A DNA stretch of 64,000 nucleotides from Euglena gracilis. Taxonomy: Eukaryota. The notes beneath the pieces are model-generated. The model worked only from the letters and a program-made list of their open reading frames with translations, ran no database searches and was not told the origin of the DNA. Location: positions 14,240,387 to 14,304,386 of the forward strand of contig CP154954.1 of assembly GCA_039621445.1 (NCBI GenBank), in the 5' to 3' direction. The translations under genes and the position numbers were made by a program. Positions 1 to 13,743 of this stretch are shown here, one piece after another. The number at the start of each line of letters is the position of its first letter. The stretch's first letter is position 1.

Positions 1-632
1 TGGGTGTAATGGGAGGCTGGGACGCAACATAGAGCTTAATTGAAACCGAAAATGAATTTATCCGGCCAGAATTGTACCTAAATTATTTGCCGTGCAAAAA
101 AAGGGTCACGTGAAATCCAAAATGGTGTTCATTTGGCTGTGCCCGGGGGGGAGGGGGGCGGGGGGAGGCGAAAAGGGGGCGGGGGGAGGGGCCCCCCCCC
201 CCCCCCCCCCCCCCCCCGGACCTCCCCTCCCCCCCTCCCCCTTCCCCTCTCTCCCCTACCCCACTCCCCCCTCCCCAGCTACCCAATAACAACATCCTTT
301 TGTGTGGACAAAATTTGGCGGACAAGGCGTAAATAGCAAACGGGTAAACGGTAAAAGCAAAATTACGCGGACATGGCGTCTTTGTGGCGAATGGATAAAT
401 GTTTCAACCAATTCTGCCATCGGCGGTCATGGTGTAAATAGCAAATGGGCAAACGTGAGTTGTGTGCGGATGCAGAGGGGTTGAGGGTCGAACATGGCCT
501 ATGTACAAAATAACTTACCTGCCGGAGGCTCCAGGGAGGCTCAGGGAGGCTCCAGGAAGGCTCAGGTAACCAGCCTCCCTGAAGCCTCCCTGTAGGCTCC
601 AGGTAACCAAAAATGAGGATTTTCTGGGACCC
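1..632. mobile_element. Right part of the Mutator-like non-autonomous element (second copy; full copy 54693-57188)
   Basis: Colinear with ~56260-57188, including the polyG/polyC block and the GGAGGCTCCAG subterminal repeats. It ends at the same terminus (TTTTCTGGGACCC, 632) but with a different flank. Confidence 0.85.
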
Positions 633-2905
633 AAATCATTTTGCAAAAAGTTCTGCCTTCAAACACCGAGACCTCAGGTTCAGGGCAGTCCGCATTACCT
701 CACCCTCACCCTGGGCCAGCAACAACCAGCTTCGGGGCTGCAAGATGAAGCGGGGCTCGACTTGCGCCACTTCAACACCTCAATGGTGGCAAGCTTGCCG
801 CACGGCTTCCATGGAGCGACTCCAAAAGGAATGGGGAGAGACTTCTGCGGAAAAAAAGGCTTCCGTTTCTTTTCTCCGAAGCACACCGAGCTTTGGTCTG
901 GATTCCACTCACCCCGGCGCTTGCGCCCCCCCCCGCCCCCCCCCGGCGTGGGTAATGTGCCGATTCTGCGCACATGTCGTAGTTTTTGAACATGGTGAGG
1001 GGAGCTCCCCACCACCCCCAGGCGCTTGTCCCCCATTCCTTCCCTTCTCACCAATAAAGCATTTCAGCGCAACTGCAGAAGCCTGGGCTCGAAGCAGGGG
1101 ATAGCGTGGGAAGCTGTACAATTAGGTGCCAGCGGGGCGATTGGTTGATGGACGCAGGCTGAATCAGTCAAACTTGCTACTTTCAAATTCTGAAAGCCAA
1201 CCCCCTCTTTGTCCCAGAAATTCAGGAAGTCGTACACAAAAATATTGCAAAACCCCCAAAATACCCCAAAAAACACGAAGCCCCTCAATGGAGTGCCCCA
1301 GAAGAAAGTTGAAAAAATTTCGGGTGGATACACCATTTTCATCAGAGAACGTCCGTTTCCGAAAAAATGCACATTATTGAGGAAAATAGGAATACACAGC
1401 AAATCTTGCATGGGTCACCCAGGTAAGCTTGACTCCCCCCCCCCCGAAACTTGTAAATTCTGTAAAGTCCCCCCCCCTTGAGGGTCTTGAAATCCCACCA
1501 AAATACAAAGTTGCAGGAGCATAATAATGTTCAACGAATGATGCAGCCATTGGGGACGCTACAGCACGTTGCATGGTTCCAAATGGGTTGGAAAGGGGCC
1601 AGCCTTGTGCCAATATTCCGATGCCTTGTCCTGTCACGCAGTGACAATTTATGACCCACCATCGTTGGTTGACCACTTTCCAATGAGGGAATGTGAAATG
1701 GTCTGGAATCCATAAAACGCAGGTTAATTTTTATTTCATGTATTTTCCCCCCTCCCCAAGCTGATTAGACACCAAAGTAAAATCTGGAGAGTCCGAATTG
1801 GGTAAATTCTTTGAGCGCGGGTGTCAGGGAATTTTCTATGCTATGAAAGCTGACAAACTGGAAGGTTCGGACCCCCCCTGTTCAGGGGGGAGGTTGGATT
1901 CTCTCCTGGGGGCAAAAATGCACCTGGGGGAAAAAAATGTGCAGGAAAATTTTGGGACTTGAAAACTTCGACATTTCATTTCCAAACACCACAAAATTTG
2001 GTGTCGCCCCATCAGTTTCCACAGACAGTGTGGGGGGGGGACTGGAAACCCGAGGGGAGATTGGGAGACCTGAGGGGGAAGCCGATCCCACTTCACTTCA
2101 CATCAAAAATAATTTGCCTGAGTTGGAAATGCAAAAGAATCACTTCTGTCGATAGGAGTGGATGTTTGGGGGACAAAAACTTAAAACACGACGTGTAATG
2201 CATTTTGATGTGGAGAAAAATGCAACAAGTGTTCAACAAAAGATTCAGACAGTGGGGGACTCTTCAGCAGGTTGCGTGGTTCCATGACGGGTTGGAATGG
2301 GGCCATGCCGAAAGCAGCATTGTGCCAAAACTTCCGATAAGTTGCCCCGTCAAGCAGTGACGGCACATGCCTGAACCTGGAAGGTTCGGACCCCCTGTTC
2401 ACTCGGTAAGGGGGTTCATTACACATGGGGGGGGGTAAGCAACGCACAAACAGAGGGTCAAACAAAACAACAACAGTCAAACAAACGACAAAAGCAAAAG
2501 CCACGTTTTGAATACACTCTCACCAGTGGAGAGGGTTGGAGTGCAGTTCAGTTGACACTGCACAGACATCCACAAACAACGCACCCTCCGTGACCACAGG
2601 CAAAGGCATGGCACGGTGAAAGTGGCTGCAGTGCAACGAATGAGGTGCGAAGGAAGGAAGCGTTCTCCTTCTATAACACATATAACAAGTAGGGTGGAAC
2701 AAAATGTTTTCTGAAAACCTGGGTCAGAAGTGCAGGTGAAAAAGTCCAGGACCGGTGGAGTGAATTCGAATGCCAATATGAAAAGTCAGCATGATGGGAC
2801 AATTTGCACACAACCATAAACACGTGCGCACACACACACACAATGGAAATGGGTTTTTGGTGAGTTCGTTTCTTGGCTGGTTTTCTTTTAAGAAATATTC
2901 CAAAA

Positions 2906-5900
2906 ATTGCAAACCGGTCATTTTTGGCAAATTTTGATTTTGGGGGGTCAAATAAAAATTTTATTCAGTTTTGTATCAAAACCACCACCCACCTGCGGAC
3001 CGCCCTCGTGGGAAATTTGGACTAGCTGCAGTCCCCCCCCCCCCAGGGTTGAACTGTGAAAACTCATGAAGAAGCGTGATCATTAGGAATTGGTTGCATT
3101 GTTCATCATCGTCCAGACCTCGACGTTTTCTCAACCCGCAACAACTTCCCATCCCTCCTGTTCAACGACCATGACTGTTCGTCTGTGACCAGGGAGGCGG
3201 TCGCAGAAACATTTGTTTTTGTTTCTGACCGGGGGGGGGGTCGACCAGGTTATGAAATTAGTTAGTAGGCAGGGTGGTTTGGACACCTCCAGAGGGGGGA
3301 GGTTGGATTCTCTCCTGGGGGCAAAAATGCTCCTGGGGGAAAAAATGTGCGGGAAAATTTTGGGACTTGAAAAAGGCCCAAAAATCGCGTTTTCCTATAT
3401 TTTTAGTCAAAACGTACACCAACATCCAGCAGGTGTGTTTAGAAACCTGCAATGGTTGTCTCATTAACCTGGGATATTGACTGAACGATTTGGTGAACGC
3501 AAATGTGCTCACCAACCGTTTGTGCAATGATGAACAGTGGATGCGCCAGCCAAAAATGATGAGTTTGTACATTGTACAAATGGTTATGTGATTGTTACAA
3601 ATGTATGCATATTCAGAGGTATTTGCAGAATTTAAATAGATATAAAGGACCAGCCTGCACGCCTAAATTTGAACAACAGCAATCGAAGCTGTGAAAAACC
3701 ATTTCTTAGCCCCTGGAACAACAAATACACAACATTTCCAGGTTTCATCCTGAAGAACTGAGTATAAAAATGCAGTTCTTCAGTCCTGAAATTGTGGAAC
3801 AGTCAACATTTCTGAACATTTGAATGGTTGACGTGTGCAATTGCACACACCAACCACCCACTTCTTGTTGTTGTCTTGTGTGGCTCTCCACAGGGGAGGA
3901 AAGGTCCTTTTGCCACCTGAGAGTGAGCACCTCGCGGTGGCTGAGCGCGTGGAAGGCCCGGCACGCTGGAGGTGCAGTCAGGTAAAGCACCTACAGTTGA
4001 CCCCAGAATTTTGCCATTTTCGGCCATTTTCGGCGATTTTTTCCTATAGGTGGGGGTAAAGTTACCTTTAAATCCCTGCATGCCAACAATGCATTTGATC
4101 AATCATGTAAACACATCCAAGCACGTTTGGTGCTCAGGGATTAAAAAGATTCAAAGAGTTTTTGTTACAATATGCAAATGCAAGGTTTTTGGGAATAGGC
4201 TTCTTTTTTCTGAGAGTAGATCAACTTCAACCGGAATCCACCAAAGAAACTTTTTTTTCATTTTCGGCCATTTTTACTGTAGGAGCTTGCTGGCGGTGCA
4301 GACCGGAGGGGGGAGCGTCCCGGCCAAGTGGCAGAGGCACAACGGCGGGAGGAAGACACCGCCAGGGTGGGCCGGCAGCTCCGGCAAAGCATGGGACGCC
4401 AAAAGCGAACGGCTTAAACATTTTTATATAAAAAATGAAACACAACAAAATTTTGCTGGCGCCCCGACAGTTTTCACAGATCCCGGTGGGGGGCATTGGA
4501 AACTTTGGAAAAGCCTTCGAAACTCAGGTCAGATTTGGGGTGCCTTGGAGAGCCCAGACAGGCACCCCCCCCCGGGTGGGGTCGTCACCCGACAATACAG
4601 CCTGATCTTGGTGTCAAAAAGCAAAATGCGAGGTGAAAACCTGGGGGAGCTCCGGTGCTCCCCCATCCTCAGCTTCCATGGTCCCTTTCTGGAAAACGGC
4701 ATCCCCACGCCTGGGCAAACCAGCTGCCCATCCCACCCTGGGGATGGAGGCGACCGAGGCAGAATGCGGCACACGTGCGGTGGCGAGTGAGGGGACGGCG
4801 CCTCGGGGCACCGCACTAGACTGGGGGGCGTCTGACTGTGTGGGCCCCATGGCGGACGGAGGAGAAGGGTAGACAAGCAGACATTTCAGACCAACTCAGG
4901 TGGGCAACAAAAGATCCAAATGCAAATGCAATCAAAAAAAACAGGCGGAGAGTGAGGGTGACGGGGGGGGGGGGGGGAGAGGGTGGGAGAGGTCCCAGGG
5001 CGAAGGTGGGCTGGGGGATCTGTTTTGGATGCAAATAAATGAAATTTGGTATATATAAAAAAGTCGGTGAAGAGCGGGTGTTTTGAGGGCGGGTGTTATT
5101 ACCTTAACTTTTCAGCTGAAAAAGGGGGTCCAGCCAGCACCTTGGCAGCCGGACTTTGGGGTCCTCAAGAAAACACTTAATACTCACACACATTTTCATT
5201 TTCCCCGTCGGTTTGAAAGGCATCCATGGCGGCTCTGTTTGAATTACTGAGATTTTCTTTATATCGCTCTTTTGCTTGCAGTTATATTTTGCATGGCCAG
5301 GCGGAAATGTTTGTTTCATATTCAGCTGACGACTTCCCGATAATTGGAACAAGAACAAAACAATCAAAACAATCATTGCTGGAATCATGGAAATTCGCCT
5401 GCGAAACCTCCTACCCGCGGTAGCTCATCAGCACATTTGATGGTTCAGGGAGGTCAAATTAAAGGCGGTCAGGGGCGATTCAGGCCAGAGTCCACCCTAT
5501 GGCAGGCTGGGAAGGAGAGTCATTCAGCCAGTGGCACACTTCAGATTGCAAAGTGGTGTGCCCCCCGCAGCAAACAATAACGTCAGCGGTATCGATTACC
5601 ATTTCAATTGCAAAACGGTCATTTTTGGCAAATTTTGATTTTGGGGGGTCAAATAAAAATTTTCTTCAGTTTTGTGTCAAAACCACCACCCACCTGCGGA
5701 CCACCCTCGTGGGAAATTTGGACAAGCTGCAGTCCCCCCCCCCCAGGGTTGAACTGTGAAAACTCATGAAGAAGCGTGATCACTAGGAATTGGTTGCATT
5801 GTTCATCATCGTCCAGATCTCGACGTTTTCTCAACCCGCAACAACTTCCCATCCGTCCTGTTCAACGACCATGAATGTTCGTCTGTGACCAGGGAGGCGG

Positions 5901-8256
5901 TCGCAGAAACATTTATTTTTGTTTCTGACCGGGGGGGGGGGGTCGACCAGGTTATGAAATTAGTAGGCAGGGTGGTTTGGACACCTCCAGAGGGGGGAGG
6001 TTGGATTCCCTCCTGGGGGCAAAAATGCTCCTGGGGGAAAAATTGTGCGGCATCCAGCAGCATCATCCAGCAGGTGTGTTTAGAAACCTGCAATGGTTGT
6101 CTCATTAACCTGGGAGATTGACTGAACGATTTGGTGAACGCAAATGAGCACACCAACCGTTTGTGCAATGATGAACAGTGGATGTGCCAGCCAAAAATGA
6201 TGAGTTTGTACATTGCACAAATGGTTATGTGATTGTTACAAATGTATGCATATTCAGAGGTATTTGCAGAATTTAAATACATATAAAGGACCAGCCTGCA
6301 CGCCTAAATTTGAACAACAGCAATCGAAGCTGTGAAAAACCATTTCTTAGCCCCTGGAACAACAAATACACAACATTTCCAGGTTTCATCCTGAAGAACT
6401 GAGTATAAAAATGCAGTTCTTCAGTCCTGAAATCGTGGAACAGTCAACATTTCTGAACATTTGAATGGTTGACGTGTGCAATTGCACACACCAACCACCC
6501 ACTTCTTGTTGTTGTCTTGTGTGGCTCTCCACAGGGGAGGAAAGGTCCTTTTGCCACCTGAGAGTGAGCACCTCGCGGTGGCTGAGCGCGCGTGGAAGGC
6601 CCGGCACGCTGGAGGTGCAGTCAGGTCAAGCACCTACAGTTGACCCCAGAATTTTGCCATTTTCGGCCATTTTCGGCGATTTTTTTCCTATCGGTGGGGG
6701 TAAAATTACCTTTAAATCCCTGCATGCCAACAACGCATTTGATCATTCATGTAAACACATCCAAGCACGTTTGGTGCTCAGGGATTAAAAAGATTCAAAG
6801 AGTTTTTGTTACAATATGCAAATGCAAGGTTTTTGGGAATAGGCTTCTTTTTTCTGAGAGTAGATCAACTTCAACCGGAATCCACCAAAGAAACCTTTTT
6901 TTTCATTTTCGGCCATTTTTACTGTAGGAGCTTGCTGGCGGTGCAGACCGGAGGGGGGAGCGTCCCGGCCAAGTGGCAGAGGCACAACGGCGGGAGGAAG
7001 AGACCGCCAGGGTGGGCCGGCAGCTCCGGCAAAGCATGGGACGCCAAAAGCGAACGGCTTAAACATTTTTATATAAAAAATGAAACACAACAAAATTTTG
7101 CTGGCGCCCCGACAGTTTTCACAGATCCCGGTGGGGGGCATTGGAAACTTTGGAAAAGCCTTCGAAACTCAGGTCAGATTTGGGGTGCCTTGGAGAGCCC
7201 AGACAGGCACCCCCCCCCCCCCCCGGGTGGGGTCGTCACCCGACAATACAGCCTGATCTTGGTGTCAAAAAGCAAAATGCGAGGTGAAAACCTGGGGGAG
7301 CTCCGGTGCTCCCCCATCCTCAGCTTCCATGGTCCCTTTCTGGAAAACGGCATCCCCACGCCTGGGCAAACCAGCTGCCCATTCCACCCTGGGGATGGAG
7401 GCGACCGAGGCAGAATGCGGCACACGTGCGGTGGCGAGTGAGGGGACGGCGCCTCGGGGCACCGCACTAGACTGGGGGGCGTCTGACTGTGTGGGCCCCA
7501 TGGCGGACGGAGGAGAAGGGTAGACAAGCAGACATTTCAGACCAACTCAGGTGGGCAACAAAAGATCCAAATGCAAATGCAATCAAAAAAAAACAGGCGG
7601 AGAGTGAGGGTGACGGGGGGGGGGTGGGAGAGGGTGGGAGAGGTCCCAGGGCGAAGGTGGGCTGGGGGATCTGTTTTGGATGCAAATAAATGAAATTTGG
7701 TATATATAAAAAAGTCGGTGAAGAGCGGGTGTTTTGTGGGCGGGTGTTATTACCTTAACTTTTCAGCTGAAAAAGGGGGTCCAGCCAGCACCTTGGCAGC
7801 CGAACTTTGGGGTCCTCAAGAAAACACTTAATACTCACACACATTTTCATTTTCCCCGTCGGTTTGAAAGGCATCCATGGCGGCTCTGTTTGAATTACTG
7901 AGATTTTCTTTATATCGCTCTTTTGCTTGCAATTATCTTTTGCATGGCCAGGCGGAAATGTTTGTTTCATATTCAGCTGACGACTTCCCGATAATTGGAA
8001 CAAGAACAAAACAATCAAAACAATCATTGCTGGAATCACGGAAATTCGCCTGCGAAACCTCCTACCCGCGGTAGCTCATCAGCACATTTGATGGTTCAGG
8101 GAGGTCAAATTAAAGGCGGTCAGGGGCGATTCAGGCCAGAGTCCACCCTATGGCAGGCTGGGAAGGAGCGTCATTCAGCCAGTGGCACACTTCAGATTGC
8201 AAGTGGTGTGCCCCCCGAAGCAAACAATAACGTCAGCGGTATCGGTTACCATTTCA
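2906..8256. repeat. Direct tandem duplication of ~2.65-2.7 kb (2906-5605 and 5606-8256)
   Basis: Both units start AATTGCAAA(C/A)CGGTCATTTTTGGCAAATTTTG and are near-identical. Duplicate ORFs appear in the track (5226/7877, 4633/7284). Confidence 0.95.
6627..6934. mobile_element. ~308-bp MITE with 14-bp TIRs (copies near 3984, 41656, 47105)
   Basis: TIRs CAAGCACCTACAGT ... ACTGTAGGAGCTTG (1 mismatch). Absent from the diverged paralogue at ~33185. No clear TSD. Confidence 0.7.
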
Positions 8257-8480
8257 ATGCTCAAATGCAGAGAGGTAGCTTGGTCATTGGGTGCGTAGGC
8301 GAGGGTGACTGCATTGTGCCAAAGAATCAGCAAAGCACCACCAAACGTTTTCTTGGGCCCAGGGGACTTCACCCTGGGCCAGCAACAACCAGCTTCGGGG
8401 CTGCAAGATGAAGAGGGGCTCGACTTGCGCCACTTCAACACCTCAATGGTGGCAAGCTTGCCGCACGGCTTCCATGGAGC
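6975..8480 (+). pseudogene. Decayed non-LTR retrotransposon ORF2 remnant (RT-like and RNase H-like motifs), present in each macro-repeat copy
   Basis: Frameshifted motifs in order: RKRPPGWAG...HWKLW (domain 0-like), VGLK..AALF, YSADDFPIIG (7970-7999), TFDGSGRSN (8084-), ANNNVS[E]YR (8220-, needs one added base), EGDCIVPKNQ (8301-). Confidence 0.5.
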
Positions 8481-9037
8481 GACTCCCAAAAGGAATGGGG
8501 AGAGACTTCTGCGGAAAAAAAGGCTTCCGGTTCTTTTCTCCGAAGCACACCGAGCTTTGGTCTGGATTCCACTCACCCCGGCGCTTGCGCCCCCCCCCCC
8601 CCCGGCGTGGGTAATGTGCCGATTCTGCGCACATGTCGTAGTTTTTGAACATGGTGAGGGGAGCTCCCCACCACCCCCAGGCGCTTGCCCCCCATTCTCT
8701 CCTTACACCAATTTAGCATTTCAGCGCAACTGCAGAAGCCTGGGCTCGAAGCACGGGAAAGCGTGGGAAGCTGTACAATTAGGTGTCAGCGGGGCGATTG
8801 GTTGATGGACGCAGGCTGCATCAGTCAAACTTGCTACTTTCAAATTCTGAAAGCCAACCCCCTCTTTGTCCCAGAAATTCAGGAAATCGTACACAAAAAT
8901 ATTGCAAAACCCCCAAAACACCCCAAAAAAAACACGAAGCCCCTCAATGGAGTCCTCCAGAAGAAAGTTGAAAAAATTTCGGGTGGATACACCATTTTCA
9001 TCAGAGAACGTCTGTTTCCGACAGAAAAATGCACATT

Positions 9038-9472
9038 ATAAGGACCCGGGGGGGGGGGGGTTGCTGGGCTGGGGCTAGAAATTTGGACTGGCTAGCCCGC
9101 CCCCCCCCGGGGGGGGGGGGGGGGCTGGACCCCGGCTGGACCCGAACCGGGGCGAGCTGGACTGAAATCGGAAAAATGCCCAAAAATGACCTGCAGAACA
9201 CAGTTTTGAAAAAATGATGCATCTGAAACCCCCCAAAAATGCCCCAAACGCCCCCCAAACCCCATTTTTGGCCACTTTTGAACACAGTTTTTCAAAAAAT
9301 TTCGGCGCTTCGCGCCGAAAAATTTTGGGCTGGACCCCCAAAAAAGGGGCTGGCTAGCTGGACTAGCAGCACCCCCCCCGGGGGGGGTGCTGCTGCGGCT
9401 GGGCTGGGCCCAAATCGGGGCTGGCTGCAGCCGCCCCCCCCCCCCCCCCCGGGGGGGTTCGCAAAACCTTAG
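9038..9472. mobile_element. MITE-like insertion replacing ~380 bp of the macro-repeat
   Basis: Absent from the copies at ~43985 and ~49507. Starts TAAGGACCCGGGG like the subterminus of the hAT MITE at 24158, and contains the CGGCGCTTCGCGCCG hairpin. Confidence 0.6.
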
Positions 9473-12412
9473 AGAGATGTATGGATTAGACACCAAAATG
9501 AAATCTGGAGAGTCCGAATTGGGTAAATTCTTTGAGCGCGGGTGTATGGGCTTTTTCTGTGCTATGAAAGCTGACAAACTGGAAGGTTCGGACCCCCCCT
9601 GTTCAGGGGTTAACACATGGGGGGGGGGGGTAAGTGCCTCAAAACACAAACAGGGAGTCAAACAAGAAAAAAAAGCAAAAAAACAACAACAAATTTCACA
9701 CTCTTGCAGTGCAGTTCAGTGGACACTGCACAGACAGCTGCAAACAAAGCACCTTCTGTCACCACAGGCAAAGACACGGCATCGTCAAAGCGGTTGCAGT
9801 GCAACGAGTGAGGTGGGAAGGAAAATATTGTCTTACTATAACATACAAACTAACTAGGACGGAACAAAAAAAATGATTATTGTAAAACTTGGTCAGATTG
9901 CAAAGGTTCAGAACCAGGGGCGGCTAATCGAGTGCCAGTACCAAAAAAAAACAGCATGATGGGACGATTTGTAATGAAAAATGAGGAACTGTAATAATCG
10001 GGCGGCCTGAAAAATCGCCACTGTGAAAAGCTACTAACTGGACCCCTGGGAGATCCGAGGTGCGGGTCCCCCAATCTCCCCCAACTGGCCCTCATGTCTT
10101 GCTGGGCTGTCTTTGGGCGCAGCACCGGAGGAAAATTTTTCGCTACTTTTGAAACCAGCCAGGATGGGGGGTGGGGGTCTGGCCACTCCCTCCCAACATC
10201 TGGGGGATGGCACGTCACCCCCAGGAATGTCTGGACCCTCCCACCACCTACTCAAAGCTGAAGGACTTCCCATCTATCCCTGCTGGATCCACTAGCTAGC
10301 CATTTTGCAAGCCACCAGAAACCAAATTTGGCCTGGGCCCAGGGGGGTCCGCTTGCAGGTTGGTGGTGGTTTTGTTACAAGTGACCGGCTCGAAGCACCG
10401 GAATTTTTTTATTTGACCCCCCCAAAACCTGCCAAAACTGCCCGTTTTGCATATATTTGGAACTTTTTAATGGAACAAAACTAGGCAAAGAACAAAATGA
10501 CCATTTCCACCTGGGGAGCACAGTGATGCCTGCTCCTGGGCATCCTCTCGACTAAAATCCCTGTTTTCACCTCCGCGTTTTGAGGCACCCCAGCACATCT
10601 TGTTCACATTTTCGGTTTTTAGGGGTTATATCATGTCATTTTCATAAAAGATGTCTGAAAGACGTCAATGTGTGCAATTGTGCACATCAACAAAGAAAAA
10701 AATCTCAAATGCGAGATGTCCCGCCTGAGTTTTTTTTGGGTCGATTTTCGGTCAAAAAAACCGATTTTCCTTCGAAATACATCAAGAAAAACAAAAGAAA
10801 ATGTCCACAGTCCAGAAATGACGCCCTCGAATGCCCTATCCAACAATGTTTTACTGAACCCAAACTCTTCGTGCAGCCCAAATTACAGCCATTTTCCGGC
10901 CAATTTTGCCTGTTTCTGGGGCCATCTTGGGCTGTTTTCGGGGCCGAAATATAGAGGTTTCAAAAATATCTTGGAAATGAAGCAAAATCAAAGGAAATAT
11001 CCGGAGACCTAAATTGAAGCCCTTGGAACGATTTATCTAATGATATTTTGACTTCCCCATAAATCCCCACCTAGCGCGAGATATGACCAATTTACGGCCC
11101 AAAACAGCGTGGCAGGGTTCCTTCGTTTTCGGCCATTTCGGGGCTTAAAAAAAAAGCAGCGAGCGGAAAAATTCTTTTTTGCCCAGAACCATGTTTATTG
11201 GCCAAAAAGCTGTTTTCCAGGGGTAAATGAACGCTTTTCGACCCGCCAGCTTCCCAGCACCTTGGGTCATTTCCGGGTCAAAAAAGTCGAATAAAACTCC
11301 GGGTCCAAAATGTCGAAAAGAATCGAAAAAAAAATGCCCAAAACAATATTTTTGGGTCTCCCGGACCCAGGCCAGCCGGGCTGCCAGTCCGGCCGCCGGG
11401 GTGCCAGCCGGGCCAGGCTGCCGGGGTGCCGTCCGGGCCGGGCCGGGCTGCCGGGCCGCCAGGTTGCCGGACGGGCCGGCCGCCGGGCTTCCAGGCCAGG
11501 AAAGCGGTGGGCTGCAGGCCGGGCTACCGGCCGTGCCACCAGACCGGGCCGGGCCGCTGGGCCTGGCCACAAGCCTCAAACATTTGCTGCAGCAATGGCA
11601 ACGTCAGGCACGTAAGGGGCTCAGCACTGCACAAAACCTGGTTAATACCCCGGGGTCCACAGACAAGTGGGGAACCCGGAACGGCGAAAGCTTCAACTTC
11701 GACACATATGAACCACGTCATGATTGAAGGAAAGGCGGGGGGCAACCTTAGGGGGCCAACTGTGTACGTTTAGAAATTTGGTGGGCCTGGGGATGAGGCG
11801 CCCTTCGGCTTAAGCGGCTCCCTGCTTGGAATGCGAGAGACACCTCGTCAAACAGAGTACGGAGTGAATGGATATGGGTCATGGGTCACGGGTGAGGAGA
11901 TGGGGTGTTTACGTCAGGCGTGGGCACGGCAACAGCAGCCAGGGCACGGGGTCTTAGGCGGAGACTGAATGACAGCTGCAAGCCTCGCATCGCTATTGAG
12001 AGGTGGTCAATAAGACGACAATCAGAGCATGGGGCACCATTTGTTGCGATCCAGAATTATCCGTAATTATTTGGAATTGCAACAATGACTGCGCCGACTG
12101 GGGAGATCCAGCCAGAAATTGCTGCAACCAATGAAAACAGAAAGATTGATTGTAATATTGCTTCAGAAATGCCAACAACAAGGAAAATGTCACTGAAAAA
12201 TGACCGAGTCAGCCAGAATCAGCCAGAAAATAACGGCAGAAGTAACAAAGCAGCCAAAAAAAAAAAGATGCACAAAAGACTAAACCAAATCAGAAAAAAT
12301 AGCCAAATGGCTGAATGACAATCACAAAAATGGCCGTGAGTGGCCTTTTTTTCAGCCGGAGGCTGGACCCCCCCGGGTCCTTAAGAAATCCCCTGTGTGG
12401 GAAATTTACTTT

Positions 12413-13743
12413 GGGGATGCCCACTCGGCAGTGCCGGCACTGCGTGTGGCACTGCGTGTGGCACTGCGTGGGCACTGCGTGTGGCACTGCGTGGCACTGC
12501 GTGGGCACTGCGTGGCACTGCGTGACACTGCGTGGCACTGCGTGACACTGCGTGGCACTGCGGGCCCTTAAAACTAGTCTTTGCATCATTGGAATTTTAG
12601 GGCTATCAAGGGCAATTGTGGTTGTTTTGTGCAACTTTTTGCCTTTTTGGGCCAATTTGGCACATCTGGCTAGAAATGTCGAACAATGACCATAGAAATG
12701 CCTACATGGCGCTACATCATTGAAGGTGCTTGCATACGGGTTAAACGGCAGGGGGGGGGGCGAAAATTGCACACGGGCAGGTGAAAAACTGCACTGCAAA
12801 AACTGCAAAAAACTGCACATCAAAAAAAATAAACAAGCTGAAATGGTGTGCATATGCAAAACAACGTAAATTGTAATCGCATGAGAACGCCCCAATTCAC
12901 CAAACTTTTGCCCAGCTTTGGAGCTGATGACAATAAAAATGAAAGCAATCAATCAAGGTACACTGTACATGGGTTTTCATGCACTGAAACACAAATCATG
13001 TGTTTGGTTTGGATGCTGGTTCACATAATAAAATGCACATACCCATATGCAGAAAGTCTCCATGCTTTTAATTCTTGCATGGGATGTTCAGTTTTGGAAC
13101 TTTTGGTCCATCACCTGGTGAACTTCACCCATGTCACGATGCAAAAAAATCTACAAAACTAAAAAAAATGTACAATAACCATCACAAACTTTTAATACTG
13201 TCTTTAGGGGATTGCCGAATGGTCTGGGAATTTCTTGCAAATAAGAATGACTTCTTTGAAGCATTTGGCTTGTGTGATATTTGGCCAAAACGCTTGGGAC
13301 AAGGCCCAGTCTTCTACAGGAGCTCGTGCTCCTTTACGTCTCCACGAATCTCGCAAACAGTTGGGGGCAAGACAACTGGTGGGATTACTGTACACAGCAC
13401 ACTTCATGAAGAGATTTCTTGAGAGAGACTTTTTCTTGAGAAATACCCTTCAAACAATATATCCAAAAGGCACAGAGCACCAAAAAATGAGCACCTCAGG
13501 TTTCCTCAAAACTGAAATAAAAAAAAAACTGCAAAAACTGCACGTGTGCAGTTTTTTTTCAGAAAAAAAAGCTGCAAAAAACTGCAAAAAAAAAAACTGC
13601 AAAAAACTGCAAAAAAACCCAAAATGTGAAAACTGCAAAAAAAACTGCAAAAACTGCACGGTGCATATTTTGCCCCTCCCTGTAAACGGCCCGCAGTGCC
13701 ACGCAGTGCCACGCAGTGCCGGCACTGCGGGGTGGGCATCCCC
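12413..13743. mobile_element. TIR element with GGGGATGCCCAC ends and inverted subterminal GTGGCACTGC arrays (copy 52815-53835)
   Basis: Ends GGGGATGCCCAC...GTGGGCATCCCC. A 10-12-bp repeat array lies at 12430-12562 and its reverse complement at 13693-13728. No matching TSD. Confidence 0.7.
12749..13682. mobile_element. Nested TIR element with CTGCAAAAAA subterminal repeats
   Basis: Ends CAGGGGGGGGGGCGAAAATTGCAC ... GTGCATATTTTGCCCCTCCCTG, flanked by TAAACGGC (12742-12749 and 13683-13690). Confidence 0.65.

Larger units (their letters stand above)
706..10010. repeat. Cluster 1 of the ~5.4-kb macro-repeat (partial and rearranged copies)
   Basis: Blocks 706-1885, 1965-2905, 2906-5605, 5606-9037 and 9485-10010 each match blocks in 40393-50433. 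Confidence 0.9.

Noticed and set aside
83-336. Pro-rich and Gly-rich ORFs (also 56210-56838)
   Set aside because: They arise from polyC/polyG tracts inside the MULE-like element.
4050-4790. 246-aa ORF as an intact gene
   Set aside because: It reads through a MITE and is frameshifted differently in the other copies.
5395-5440. Hammerhead ribozyme on the minus strand (CTGATGA plus CTACC/GGTAG stem)
   Set aside because: No GAAA follows stem II, and the core is not kept in the paralogue at ~36710. CTGANGA at 12924, 20447 and 37981 also lack a viable stem II.
11227-11773. GC-rich overlapping ORFs
   Set aside because: GGCCGG-rich self-complementary DNA is open in many frames, and the duplicate at 51659-52134 has frame-changing indels.
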